Positions 17,159-26,639 of a stretch of DNA of 64,000 nucleotides are shown here, piece after piece; the first letter of the stretch is position 1, and every line of letters begins with the position of its first letter. Under the pieces are notes generated by a model. It saw only the letters and a list, made by a program, of their open reading frames with translations, was not told the origin of the DNA and ran no database searches. The stretch is from Erysipelotrichaceae bacterium (lineage in GTDB: Bacteria; Bacillota_I; Bacilli_A; RF39; UBA660): the NCBI GenBank assembly GCA_022772985.1, contig JALEZJ010000055.1, positions 1,166-65,165 on the forward strand, in the 5' to 3' direction. Made by a program: the position numbers and the translations under genes.

Positions 17159-19744
17159 TTAAACTCCCATTAATTCTCCTTTCTTTTTAAAAAATAATTT
17201 TCTTAACATATCTACTGGTATTACAGTTAGTGATATCAGAATCATAAATATAAATTCAGATGGATTTAATCCTACTGTTCGAAATAAGTTTCCCCCACAA
17301 TAAATCATTCCAATTTGAACTATCATAATAAATCCTATAACGCCTAGAAATACTTTATTTTTAAAAATGTTGCCTAGTATATTCAACCTTACCGTCCTAG
17401 CATTAAAACTATTAAAAATACTAATAAAAATAAACATTCCAAAAAAAGCGGTCATTAAATACTTATTATCTATGCTATAACGGAACATCCCCCGAATCCA
17501 ATCACTTTTTAAAAATACGATACAAAGTAAAGAAGAGTAAAGTCCTGTTACTGCTATTTCCTGAAACATATAACGATTAATAATTGGCTCATCCCGTTTC
17601 TTTGGAGATTCTTCCATATATTCGTCAAGGGCTGGTTCATAAGAAAAGGCTAATCCCGCTAAAGTATCCATTACCATATTGATCCAAAGCATTTGAATTA
17701 CTGTAACTGGACTAGGAATTCCGATAAATGGTCCAATAACTGATACGCTAACTGCACAAAAATTGACTGTAAGTTGAAAAATAATAAACTTACGAATATT
17801 TTTAAATATTGTCCTTCCATAAAGGATTGCTTTCTCAATAGATAAAATATTATTATCCATAATGACAATATCGCTAGCTTCTTTGGCTACTTCTGTCCCA
17901 CTTCCCATTGAGAATCCAACATCTGCTTTCTTAAGTGCAATAGCATCATTAACCCCATCTCCGGTCATTCCGACTACTAAATTACAATCTTTTGCAATAC
18001 CAACTAATCGACTTTTATCATTAGGCATCGCCCGCGATACCACCCTTAACTTGGGTAATATTTTTTTTACTTCTTCATCGCTCATTTTGGCTAATTCTTC
18101 GCTACTTAAAACGATATCTTCATCATTTTCTATTATTCCTACTTCATGGGCAATTGAAAGAGCAGTTCCTTTATTATCTCCTGTGATCATAACCGTTTGA
18201 ATTCCTGCTTGTTTTATCATTTTAATTCCTTCTATACTCTCTTTTCGAATTTCATCTTTAATGAATAGAAAGCCTAATAATATTAAATTATCTAATGATT
18301 TTTCTACTCCATCTCCGTAAGCAACACATAATACTCGAATTCCCTTATTGGTAATTTCTTGTATCCTTTTTTCTAACCTCTTTTTATCTAAAATAAGTTG
18401 TTTAAATCCGTCTTCATTTAAATATCTGTCACATTTTTTTAAAATTACCTCTGTTGCTCCTTTTACATAACGATAATTCTTTCTATCTTCTTCTACTACT
18501 ACCATTGAATACTTCTTACTACTATCAAAATAGACTTGATCAAGAACTTTGACATCACTACTTCTGTTTCTTTTTACAAAATCAAGAATGGCTTTATCCG
18601 TAATATTTCCACCAATAATTTCATTACTATCCATATCAAATGTACTTTCATTATTATAAATTAAGCTTGAAATAAATATTTTTCTATAGCGTTGGCTAAC
18701 ATCTTCTATTTTAGAAAATTCTTTATTATTTCCTAGCATGAATTTTATTACTTCTAATTTTCCTTTTGTCAGAGTTCCTGTTTTATCTGTAAACAAAATA
18801 TTCAAGCTTCCTGCTGTCTCAATTCCTACTAATTTTCTTACTAATACATTATTTTTTAGCATTCTCTTCATATTAGAAGACAAAACCAAAGTAACCATCA
18901 TGGGTAGTCCTTCTGGTACAGATACTACAATAATTGTTACGCTAAGAGTCAGGGCATGAAGAATATAAGCAAACATTAATGAAATATCACTCATGGTGGT
19001 AATAATCTTTCCTATTTGAAAGCCATTACTAATTACGATTTTATTAAATAAGTAACTTATACTAACTAGTAATGCTCCTATATAGCCTATTCTACTAAGA
19101 ATTACTGCTAAAGAATTTAGTCTTTCTTTTAAGGGAGAACTGCCACTACTTTCTCCTAATTCATCCACCATTCTTCCATAATAAGTTTCATTTCCTACTT
19201 TATCTACTCGTACAAAAGCACTTCCATTGTAAATAACACATCCACGATACACAATATCTTTGATACTTTTTTGAATACTAGTAGCTTCTCCATTCATTGA
19301 GGATTCATCTACATCTACTTTTCCTTTTAAAATAACACCATCGGCGCCAATTTTATCCCCTGTATTTAACCATAATATATCTCCAACAACTACTTCTTCG
19401 ATTGGGATCTCTTTTATTTTCCCATCTCTTTTTACGTGACACTTAATTTTTGATGACTCATTCATTAATTTTTCAAATGCTTTTGATGAGCCATACTCAC
19501 TAATTGTAGATATCAGAGAGGCTATTATAATCGCAATCACTATCCCAATTGTCTCATACCAATCAAAATCATGAATTAAGAAACATGTTTTAATTCCTAA
19601 TGCAATCAGAAGAATTCTGATAATGGGATCACTTAAACTTTCTAAAAATAATTGAAAAAATCCATCTTTCTTACCTACTGTAATTTCGTTGGTTCCATAT
19701 TTTTTGCGTCTTTCTACTACTTCTTTTTCACTTAGTCCATTCAT
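17159..19744 (-). CDS. P-type cation-transporting ATPase (Ca2+-ATPase-like, P2 type)
   Basis: DKTGTLT, MITGDN and GDGVNDAIALKKADVG motifs. The ATG at 19744 lies 5 nt after AGGTGA; the track start at 19753 is a GTG with no RBS. Confidence 0.9.
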   Translation of the reverse strand: MNGLSEKEVVERRKKYGTNEITVGKKDGFFQLFLESLSDPIIRILLIALGIKTCFLIHDFDWYETIGIVIAIIIASLISTISEYGSSKAFEKLMNESSKIKCHVKRDGKIKEIPIEEVVVGDILWLNTGDKIGADGVILKGKVDVDESSMNGEATSIQKSIKDIVYRGCVIYNGSAFVRVDKVGNETYYGRMVDELGESSGSSPLKERLNSLAVILSRIGYIGALLVSISYLFNKIVISNGFQIGKIITTMSDISLMFAYILHALTLSVTIIVVSVPEGLPMMVTLVLSSNMKRMLKNNVLVRKLVGIETAGSLNILFTDKTGTLTKGKLEVIKFMLGNNKEFSKIEDVSQRYRKIFISSLIYNNESTFDMDSNEIIGGNITDKAILDFVKRNRSSDVKVLDQVYFDSSKKYSMVVVEEDRKNYRYVKGATEVILKKCDRYLNEDGFKQLILDKKRLEKRIQEITNKGIRVLCVAYGDGVEKSLDNLILLGFLFIKDEIRKESIEGIKMIKQAGIQTVMITGDNKGTALSIAHEVGIIENDEDIVLSSEELAKMSDEEVKKILPKLRVVSRAMPNDKSRLVGIAKDCNLVVGMTGDGVNDAIALKKADVGFSMGSGTEVAKEASDIVIMDNNILSIEKAILYGRTIFKNIRKFIIFQLTVNFCAVSVSVIGPFIGIPSPVTVIQMLWINMVMDTLAGLAFSYEPALDEYMEESPKKRDEPIINRYMFQEIAVTGLYSSLLCIVFLKSDWIRGMFRYSIDNKYLMTAFFGMFIFISIFNSFNARTVRLNILGNIFKNKVFLGVIGFIMIVQIGMIYCGGNLFRTVGLNPSEFIFMILISLTVIPVDMLRKLFFKKKGELMGV

Positions 19745-19892
19745 TACAATCACCTAATAAATACTATGGACAAGACTAAATTCTCATGAAATATATAAAT
19801 AGACAAAATATTCGTTTTTTTATTTTAGTTAAAATACTTATTCATTCTATTCCCTAAAACTTAACAAAGACTAAATAAGTATTTTTTCAAAC

Positions 19893-19922
19893 AAAAAAGA
19901 ATCCCCAATATCAGGAATTCTC
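19893..19922 (-). terminator. putative rho-independent terminator after the SDR gene
   Basis: Minus strand AGAATTCCtgatattgGGGGATTCTTTTTTG directly after the stop codon. Confidence 0.5.
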
Positions 19923-20672
19923 TCATTTACTTACTCTCTCTTGAATCATAGCATTCACTCTCAATACCAAACTCTTGGGAGCAACTTTCACCAAGACATA
20001 ATTAACTCTCATATTATTAGGAATAATCAACATCTGATTTAAAAACATCCCATCTATTGCATATTTTGCAGCTTTTTTGGCAGTTAAAGATTTTATTTTA
20101 AAATGGACGTTTGCTTTTTTCATAAAATTGGTTTTTACGGGACCAGGACAAAATACTGATATTTGTACTTTTGAATTATCTAACTTTAATTCCTCAGCAA
20201 CTGCTAAGGATAAATTTACGATATATGATTTTGTAGCATAATACGTTGCCATGTAAGGTCCTGGCATAACTCCAGCTATGGAACCGATATTTAGAACTCT
20301 GCCATATCCTCTTTTTGTAAAATCTTGGAGAAATAATTTCATTAAAATGTGATAGGCTTTTATATTTAAATCAATCATCTTAAGTTCTTTTTTTAAATTA
20401 GTTTCTGTAAAGTTTCCACAATCTCCAAAACCAGCATTATTTACTAAAATATCAATATTTTTTCTTTGAAGCATTTTATGAAGTTGATAACAATTATCTG
20501 TACTGGTTAAATCTAATTCTATCATTGTCACTTTTACTTGATAATCTTGATAGATCGATTCTAATTCTTTTTTATTTCTAGATACTACATATAAATCATA
20601 GCCAAAACTAGCTAAATATTTAGATATTTCTTTTCCAATACCTGAACTTGCTCCAGTAATTAATGCCTTCAT
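19923..20672 (-). CDS. short-chain dehydrogenase/reductase (SDR) family oxidoreductase
   Basis: 249 aa with TGASSGIG cofactor motif, NNAG and YxxxK (YYATKSY). Confidence 0.85.
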   Translation of the reverse strand: MKALITGASSGIGKEISKYLASFGYDLYVVSRNKKELESIYQDYQVKVTMIELDLTSTDNCYQLHKMLQRKNIDILVNNAGFGDCGNFTETNLKKELKMIDLNIKAYHILMKLFLQDFTKRGYGRVLNIGSIAGVMPGPYMATYYATKSYIVNLSLAVAEELKLDNSKVQISVFCPGPVKTNFMKKANVHFKIKSLTAKKAAKYAIDGMFLNQMLIIPNNMRVNYVLVKVAPKSLVLRVNAMIQERVSK

Positions 20673-20688
20673 TATAATTTCATTTCTC

Positions 20689-21141
20689 CTATAAATATGG
20701 TTTTAAAATCTCAATCTGTTTCTTGCCAAAATCTAATAGTTCTTTGGCTAAGTTTAATATATCTTTATCTACCTCTTTTTCAAAACGATCTATTTTTTTC
20801 TCAATATCCACATTTCCCATTGTAAATCCTTTTGTTAGCATATCAGCTATTCTAGCATCACTATTATCTTTCATAAGTTCCATATTCATGCCCATTTTGG
20901 ACATAAAATCTGCAATAATTCCCTTTTCTTTTGGTTCTTCTACTTTATGTTTTTTTAACAATTTTAAAGCTTTCTTTACAAATTCTTCGTAACCTTTTAG
21001 TTCTTCTTCTACTAATTTTTTTATTTTATTATCTTTTCCATTTAAACTTTTTATTAGATTGGTACAACTGTTTACCCCCATCTTGGCATTTTGGTAGATA
21101 TAAGTTAATAATTCATTATTTTCGTTCATCTTTTGGATCAT
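20689..21141 (-). CDS. hypothetical helical protein
   Basis: 150 aa, K/E-rich, predicted helical. No motif recognised. Confidence 0.4.
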   Translation of the reverse strand: MIQKMNENNELLTYIYQNAKMGVNSCTNLIKSLNGKDNKIKKLVEEELKGYEEFVKKALKLLKKHKVEEPKEKGIIADFMSKMGMNMELMKDNSDARIADMLTKGFTMGNVDIEKKIDRFEKEVDKDILNLAKELLDFGKKQIEILKPYL

Positions 21142-21250
21142 CCTTTCTTCATTTAGTATAGGTATTTTTTTTGATTTTATACAAAATACTTAAATTATTT
21201 TGAATACTTTTATCATTCTTATTTTGAGGCACAAAAAAGGAGAAATCCTT

Positions 21251-21973
21251 TTACAAATTTCTGCTTTCTTGATATTTTTTCATAAATTTTTTGTATAGGT
21301 CTTGGCATTTTTCTTTATCCATTTCTGGTATGTCTAAATAAGGATTTTCAATTCCTAATGTAATATATTTTTCACTTCCTAATTTATGATAGGGAAGGAA
21401 CTCAATTTTTTCTATATTTTTTATTTTTTTTACTGTTAAAAGTAAGCTATCTAAGTATTCTTCGTTGTCCATGATTCCTGGGACTACTACTTGTCTTATC
21501 CATACGGTTTTACCACTTTGATTTAAAATATCTATAAATTTGAGGCTCTCATCTATAGAATATCCAGTTAAATCTTGGTATCCTTCTTTCGTTGTATGTT
21601 TAATGTCTAAAATAACTAGATCGATATATTTTAGTACTTCTTCATAATCTCCGTTGCCAACTCCAGCTGTATCAAGGGCAATATGGATATTCTCTTTTTT
21701 TAAAATTTTCGCTACTTCAATGATAAATTTACTTTGTAGTAAAGGTTCTCCACCTGAAAAAGTAACTCCACCTTTTCTTTGAAAATAATTTTTATTTCTA
21801 AGAATTCTTTCTGCTAATTCTTCTGGCGTATAATTTTCACGACCTCTAATCCACATTTCTGGATTATGACAATACTTACATCTTAATTTGCAACCAGATA
21901 GAAATACAACTGTCCGAATTCCTGGTCCATCCACGAGACCAAAAGTTTCAATAGAATCTACTGCTCCTTTCAT
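21251..21973 (-). CDS. pflA: pyruvate formate-lyase activating enzyme (radical SAM)
   Basis: CKLRCKYCHNPE radical-SAM cluster motif and VDGPGIR block. The start at 21973 (MKGAVDSIETFG...) aligns with known PflA N-termini. The alternative ATG at 21988 overlaps pflB. Confidence 0.9.
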   Translation of the reverse strand: MKGAVDSIETFGLVDGPGIRTVVFLSGCKLRCKYCHNPEMWIRGRENYTPEELAERILRNKNYFQRKGGVTFSGGEPLLQSKFIIEVAKILKKENIHIALDTAGVGNGDYEEVLKYIDLVILDIKHTTKEGYQDLTGYSIDESLKFIDILNQSGKTVWIRQVVVPGIMDNEEYLDSLLLTVKKIKNIEKIEFLPYHKLGSEKYITLGIENPYLDIPEMDKEKCQDLYKKFMKKYQESRNL

Positions 21974-21974
21974 C

Positions 21975-24203
21975 TTACATTTTCTCATGGAATGTTCTAG
22001 CGATTACTTCTTCTTGTTGTTTTCTAGTTAATCTATTGAATCTAACTGCATATCCTGATACACGAATTGTTAATAATGGATATTTATCCGGATGATTCAT
22101 GGCATCTATTAAAGTTTCTCTATTTAATACATTGACATTCAAGTGATGTGCCCCTTGGGTAAAGTATCCATCTAATAAATTTACTAAGTTATCAATTTGA
22201 TTATTTAGATCAGTTCCTAAAGCAGTTGGAACAATAGAGAAAGTATTAGAAATACCATCTTTACAGCAACAACCATATTCTAGTTTTGCCACAGAGTTTA
22301 GTGATGCAATGGCACCATTGCAATCTCTTCCATGCATTGGATTGGCTCCTGGAGCAAATGGTTCTCCAGCTTTTCTTCCATCTGGTGTAGAACCTGTTTT
22401 AGATCCATATACAACATTAGAAGTGATCGTTAAAACAGACATAGTAGGCTCGGCATTTCGATAGCATTTATGTTTCTTTAATTCAGAGAAAATTTTCTCT
22501 AAAATTTCTTTGGCTATAGAATCTACTCTATCATCATCATTTCCATATTTAGGAAAATTTCCTTCAACTTTAAAATCAACTGCAATTCCTTCTTCGTTTC
22601 GGATTGGCATAACGCGTGCATATTTAATTGCAGATAGAGAATCCGTTGCAACAGATAAGCCAGCTACCCCATAAGCCATATAACGATGAACATTTGTATC
22701 ATGAAGAGCCATTTGTCCAGCTTCATAGGCATATTTATCATGCATATAGTGAATAATATTCATCGTATCACTATAAATTTCAGCAACACGTTCTAACATT
22801 TTAAAATAACTTGCCTTTACTTTTTCGTAATCTAATACCTCGTCTGTCATTTTTTCAAATCCATCAACGACTAAATCTCCTTTTACTTCGTCTATTCCGC
22901 CATTAATTGAATATAGAAGTGACTTAGCTAAATTGCATCTTGCTCCAAAGAACTGCATATCTTTTCCAACACGCATTGCAGATACACAGCATGCTATTGC
23001 ATAATCGTCTCCATAAATAGGTCGCATTAAATCATCATTTTCATATTGAATAGAATCTGTTTTAATACTCATTTCAGCACAATATTGTTTCCAATTCTCT
23101 GGTAATTTTGTGCTCCATAAAACAGTCATATTTGGTTCTGGCGCTGGGTCTAAATTTGTCAATGTATTTAAAATACGATAAGAACTTTTAGTAACCATGC
23201 TTTGACCATTCTCATTCATACCACCAATAGAACATGTTACCCAAGTTGGATCTCCTGAAAATAATTCATCGTATTCTGGAGTTCTTAAGTGTCTTGCAAT
23301 ACGAAGTTTAATAATAAATTGATCTATTAATTCTTGTGCATCACGTTCAGTTAATACACCATTTTTTAAATCTCTTTCCATGTAAATATCTAGAAATGCA
23401 TCTACTCTACCGAGACTCATTGCAGCACCATTATTTTCTTTAATTGCTGCTAAATATCCAAAGTAGGTCCATTGGACTGCTTCTTTTGCATTAGAAGCTG
23501 GTTTGGAAATATCATATCCATATTTTAAAGCCATTTTTTTTATCTTGTCTAATGCTCTATACTGTTCCGAAATTTCTTCTCTTTTTCGAATTAAATCGTC
23601 GGTCATTCTGCCACATTTTTTATCCCATTCGTGTTTCTTTTGCTCCATTAAATAATCAATACCATATAAAGCAATTCTACGATAATCGCCGATAATTCTA
23701 CCACGGCCATAAGCATCAGGAAGTCCTGTTAATAATCCTACATGTCTTGCTTTTCTAATATCTTCTGTATAAGCATCAAAAACGCCTTGGTTGTGAGGTT
23801 TACGGAACTCATTAAAATACTTATCTACAAGTGGATTTAATTTATATCCATAAGCATCTAGCTCTTGATAAACCATTCTCATTCCACCATATGGATTTAC
23901 AATCCTTTTCAAGGGAGCATCTGTTTGTAATCCAACAATTACTTCATTTTTTTTATCAATATATCCAGCATCAAAATTATCAATACCTGACATGTGATCT
24001 ACATCGATATCCAATACATGTTTTTTTAATTCTTATTTCAATAGAATAGAACATTTCTCCCAAACCTTATCTGTTCTAGGAGTAGTTTTTTCTAAAAATG
24101 ATTTATCGCCATTATATGGAGTATAATTCTTTTGAATAAAGTCTTTCACATCAATTCTATTACACCAATTCCCACCTTTAAAATTTTTCCATTGTTCTCT
24201 CAT
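21975..24203 (-). pseudogene. pflB: pyruvate formate-lyase PflB, full-length frame interrupted by a single in-frame TAA (24035-24033)
   Basis: The track ORF (679 aa, called from TTG at 24014) lacks the PflB N-terminus. My translation from ATG at 24203 (AGGAGGA 7 nt upstream) gives [69 protein letters not shown]..., colinear with canonical PflB. The catalytic CC and the C-terminal RVSGYAV glycyl-radical motif are intact. Confidence 0.85.
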
Positions 24204-24299
24204 TACATCATCCTCCTACTTTATTATTTTAACACAAACAAATAGAAAAAATAACTGCTAAATTAATAGTTAATCTTCTTTACATTTTTATTGACAAAT

Positions 24300-24818
24300 T
24301 TATTCCAGAGAAGTATCGACTGTATAATTAAAAATATCTTCCATTTTTATATCTGTAATTCCATTTATATACAAGACATTATGAGCTTCCATTTCCGGAA
24401 TAAAAATATAAATTGTACCAATCTCTTCTTCTGATTTATTTAGTAAATGAATGGCTACTTCTTTTCCATCAATTTTCACATCAGATTGATTTTCTACCAT
24501 TAAAACAATTCTATTGTCTTTTTCTCCAATCACTGCCTTAAAATTAGAGAAGGTATATTCCAAAAATTGTTTTACATCTTGTAGGGAATCAGCTTTTTTA
24601 TTTGTAACAAATTTTTCATCTTTTTCTAAGTAATTCAATGGATCAATTCCACCGGATTCATCATAAATTTTAGCCAAATCTCTACTGTAAATATAATCTC
24701 CTTCTTCTAAATATAGGTTTTCATCTTTTTTAGAATTTAAAAAAAGCAATAATACGATAACTCCAATGATGATAACAGTTACTGCTGCTACTACCATTAA
24801 TTTTATTTTATTTTTCAT
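24300..24818 (-). CDS. hypothetical membrane-anchored protein
   Basis: 172 aa with a single N-terminal TM (LMVVAAVTVIIIGVIVLLLFL). No family recognised. Confidence 0.45.
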   Translation of the reverse strand: MKNKIKLMVVAAVTVIIIGVIVLLLFLNSKKDENLYLEEGDYIYSRDLAKIYDESGGIDPLNYLEKDEKFVTNKKADSLQDVKQFLEYTFSNFKAVIGEKDNRIVLMVENQSDVKIDGKEVAIHLLNKSEEEIGTIYIFIPEMEAHNVLYINGITDIKMEDIFNYTVDTSLE

Positions 24819-24941
24819 ATATCCTCCCCATTTTTTCTTTCATATTAATTTGACTGTAATAATTATTCTAAAAATTTTTTTCTTTTGCTTTCACTTACTT
24901 TACTAATTTTAGTTTATGTAAAAAATCTTAGGGTCTATTGA

Positions 24942-25301
24942 TTATTTGTTTAAATATTGTTTTACTATTTGAATGGTTTTATCTGCTTCTTCTTTTAATT
25001 CTTCATAATGATTATTTATATAATTTATATCATTTTCTTGACTTTTTAATTGGTGTTCTAAAGACATTTCAGCTAACTTTGTAAATCCTAAATATTTTGA
25101 ATCACTTTTCATAGCATGTACTAAAATGGCATAGTTTTGCATATCTCCATTTTTCTTATATTCTTCTATTTTTGGAAGTCTTGTCTTGGACTCTTCTAAA
25201 AAATCTCCTAAAATTTCTTCATACATCTCTAGATCGCCTAATAGTTCAATTGCACTATCTACATCAATCCCATTATTTTTTAATAAGTTAATATTTTTCA
25301 T
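24942..25301 (-). CDS. free-standing Hpt (histidine phosphotransfer) domain protein
   Basis: 119 aa, four-helix type, with the phospho-accepting motif VHAMKSDSKYLGF. Confidence 0.7.
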   Translation of the reverse strand: MKNINLLKNNGIDVDSAIELLGDLEMYEEILGDFLEESKTRLPKIEEYKKNGDMQNYAILVHAMKSDSKYLGFTKLAEMSLEHQLKSQENDINYINNHYEELKEEADKTIQIVKQYLNK

Positions 25302-25399
25302 TTTATCCCTACTTTCTTTTTTTATTATACCGCAAGTATATAAAAAGTAAAAGAAAAATTGGTAAATTTTACACCAGTTTTTACCAATCTATGAACTTT

Positions 25400-26581
25400 T
25401 TATAATTTACTATTAATTCCTCTCATTGCAGGGAAAAATTTGACTGGATTAAAGGTTGTCCCTGGATAAGATGATGAAATGTTATAAATATCACTATCCC
25501 CTGCATAAGCCATAGTAAAGTGTAGATGTGGTCCACCAGTACAAGCATCTTTCCATTTGGCAATTTCTTGGGGACCTCCTCCACTTGTTCCAATTTTAGA
25601 ACCTGCTGTTACTTTTGTACCAACACTAACATTTGAACTAAGCAAATGCATATATAAGGAAATGTAATCGACACCATTATAAGTATGCCTAATTTGAATT
25701 ACTAATCCACCACAACTTTTAACACCCGTTTGCTTCCAATAAACACCTGAATATATGACTGTTCCATTTCCAACTGCCTTCACAACACTTCCTTCTGGAG
25801 TTCCTAAATCAACCGCATAATGATATCGGTCTTCATCCCAACCATAATTAGAAGTTTGTCTAAAACTATCTAATGGATATGTCCAACCATCTACCGCTGC
25901 AACTCCTGTACAAGAATTAATATCTGAGTTTCTTTTACATCCTATACTTTCATAGTAATTAATCAATTTCTTTTTGGCTGCTACTTGTTCAGAAACATCT
26001 AAACTTTCATCCGTTTCACTTTGGTATCTTACTTGAATAATTGCGTATTTTTCTTGTAATTCACTTTTTTTTACAGATAATTGTTCTTTTTTCGTAGATA
26101 ATTCTTGCTTTTGGTTATTTAATTCGGTAATCAAATTATTTAGCTCATCTACTAATCCTTGATTATAATCACTCATCTGAGTAACCACTGCATAGCGATA
26201 GATAAAATCAGTATAATCTTCTGCTTCAAATATATATTCTAACATGCTATTTCCTTTACTATTCGTAAGTTGTAAATAAAGAAGCATTTGATTGGTTTCT
26301 TCTTTTTTCTTTTCAATTTCTTTTTCACTTAATTCAATATTTTTTTCAGCTTGATTAATATCTTCTTGAGCTTTTTTTATTTCTGCTTCGGTACTAGCAA
26401 TACTAGCCTTTAAATTATTTAATTCTGCTTGTGTCATGTTTGCTTTGGATTTAGCAGAATTATAACTTTTCTCTAAAGCTGATAGATCATTATATAAATC
26501 TTGCAATGTAGTAGCATAAGTTTCACTACTAGCAAGGAAAAAACTTAATATGATAATCCATAAATATTTACTTTTTTTCAT
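25400..26581 (-). CDS. secreted coiled-coil M23 peptidoglycan metalloendopeptidase (EnvC-like architecture)
   Basis: The likely start at 26581 (MKKSKYLWIIILSFFLASSETYA) gives a signal peptide. A long heptad-rich region precedes HYAVDLG...GPHLHF M23 zinc motifs. Confidence 0.85.
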   Translation of the reverse strand: MKKSKYLWIIILSFFLASSETYATTLQDLYNDLSALEKSYNSAKSKANMTQAELNNLKASIASTEAEIKKAQEDINQAEKNIELSEKEIEKKKEETNQMLLYLQLTNSKGNSMLEYIFEAEDYTDFIYRYAVVTQMSDYNQGLVDELNNLITELNNQKQELSTKKEQLSVKKSELQEKYAIIQVRYQSETDESLDVSEQVAAKKKLINYYESIGCKRNSDINSCTGVAAVDGWTYPLDSFRQTSNYGWDEDRYHYAVDLGTPEGSVVKAVGNGTVIYSGVYWKQTGVKSCGGLVIQIRHTYNGVDYISLYMHLLSSNVSVGTKVTAGSKIGTSGGGPQEIAKWKDACTGGPHLHFTMAYAGDSDIYNISSSYPGTTFNPVKFFPAMRGINSKL

Positions 26582-26639
26582 TCGACCACCTACTATCATT
26601 ATAAATTGAGATAAGAAACAAGTCAATTTGTTTCTAACT

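Noticed and set aside
24012-24014. TTG used by the ORF track as the pflB start
   Set aside because: It has no RBS and would delete about 60 conserved N-terminal residues. Those residues are encoded in the same frame upstream, behind a good RBS. The apparent start is a by-product of the internal TAA.
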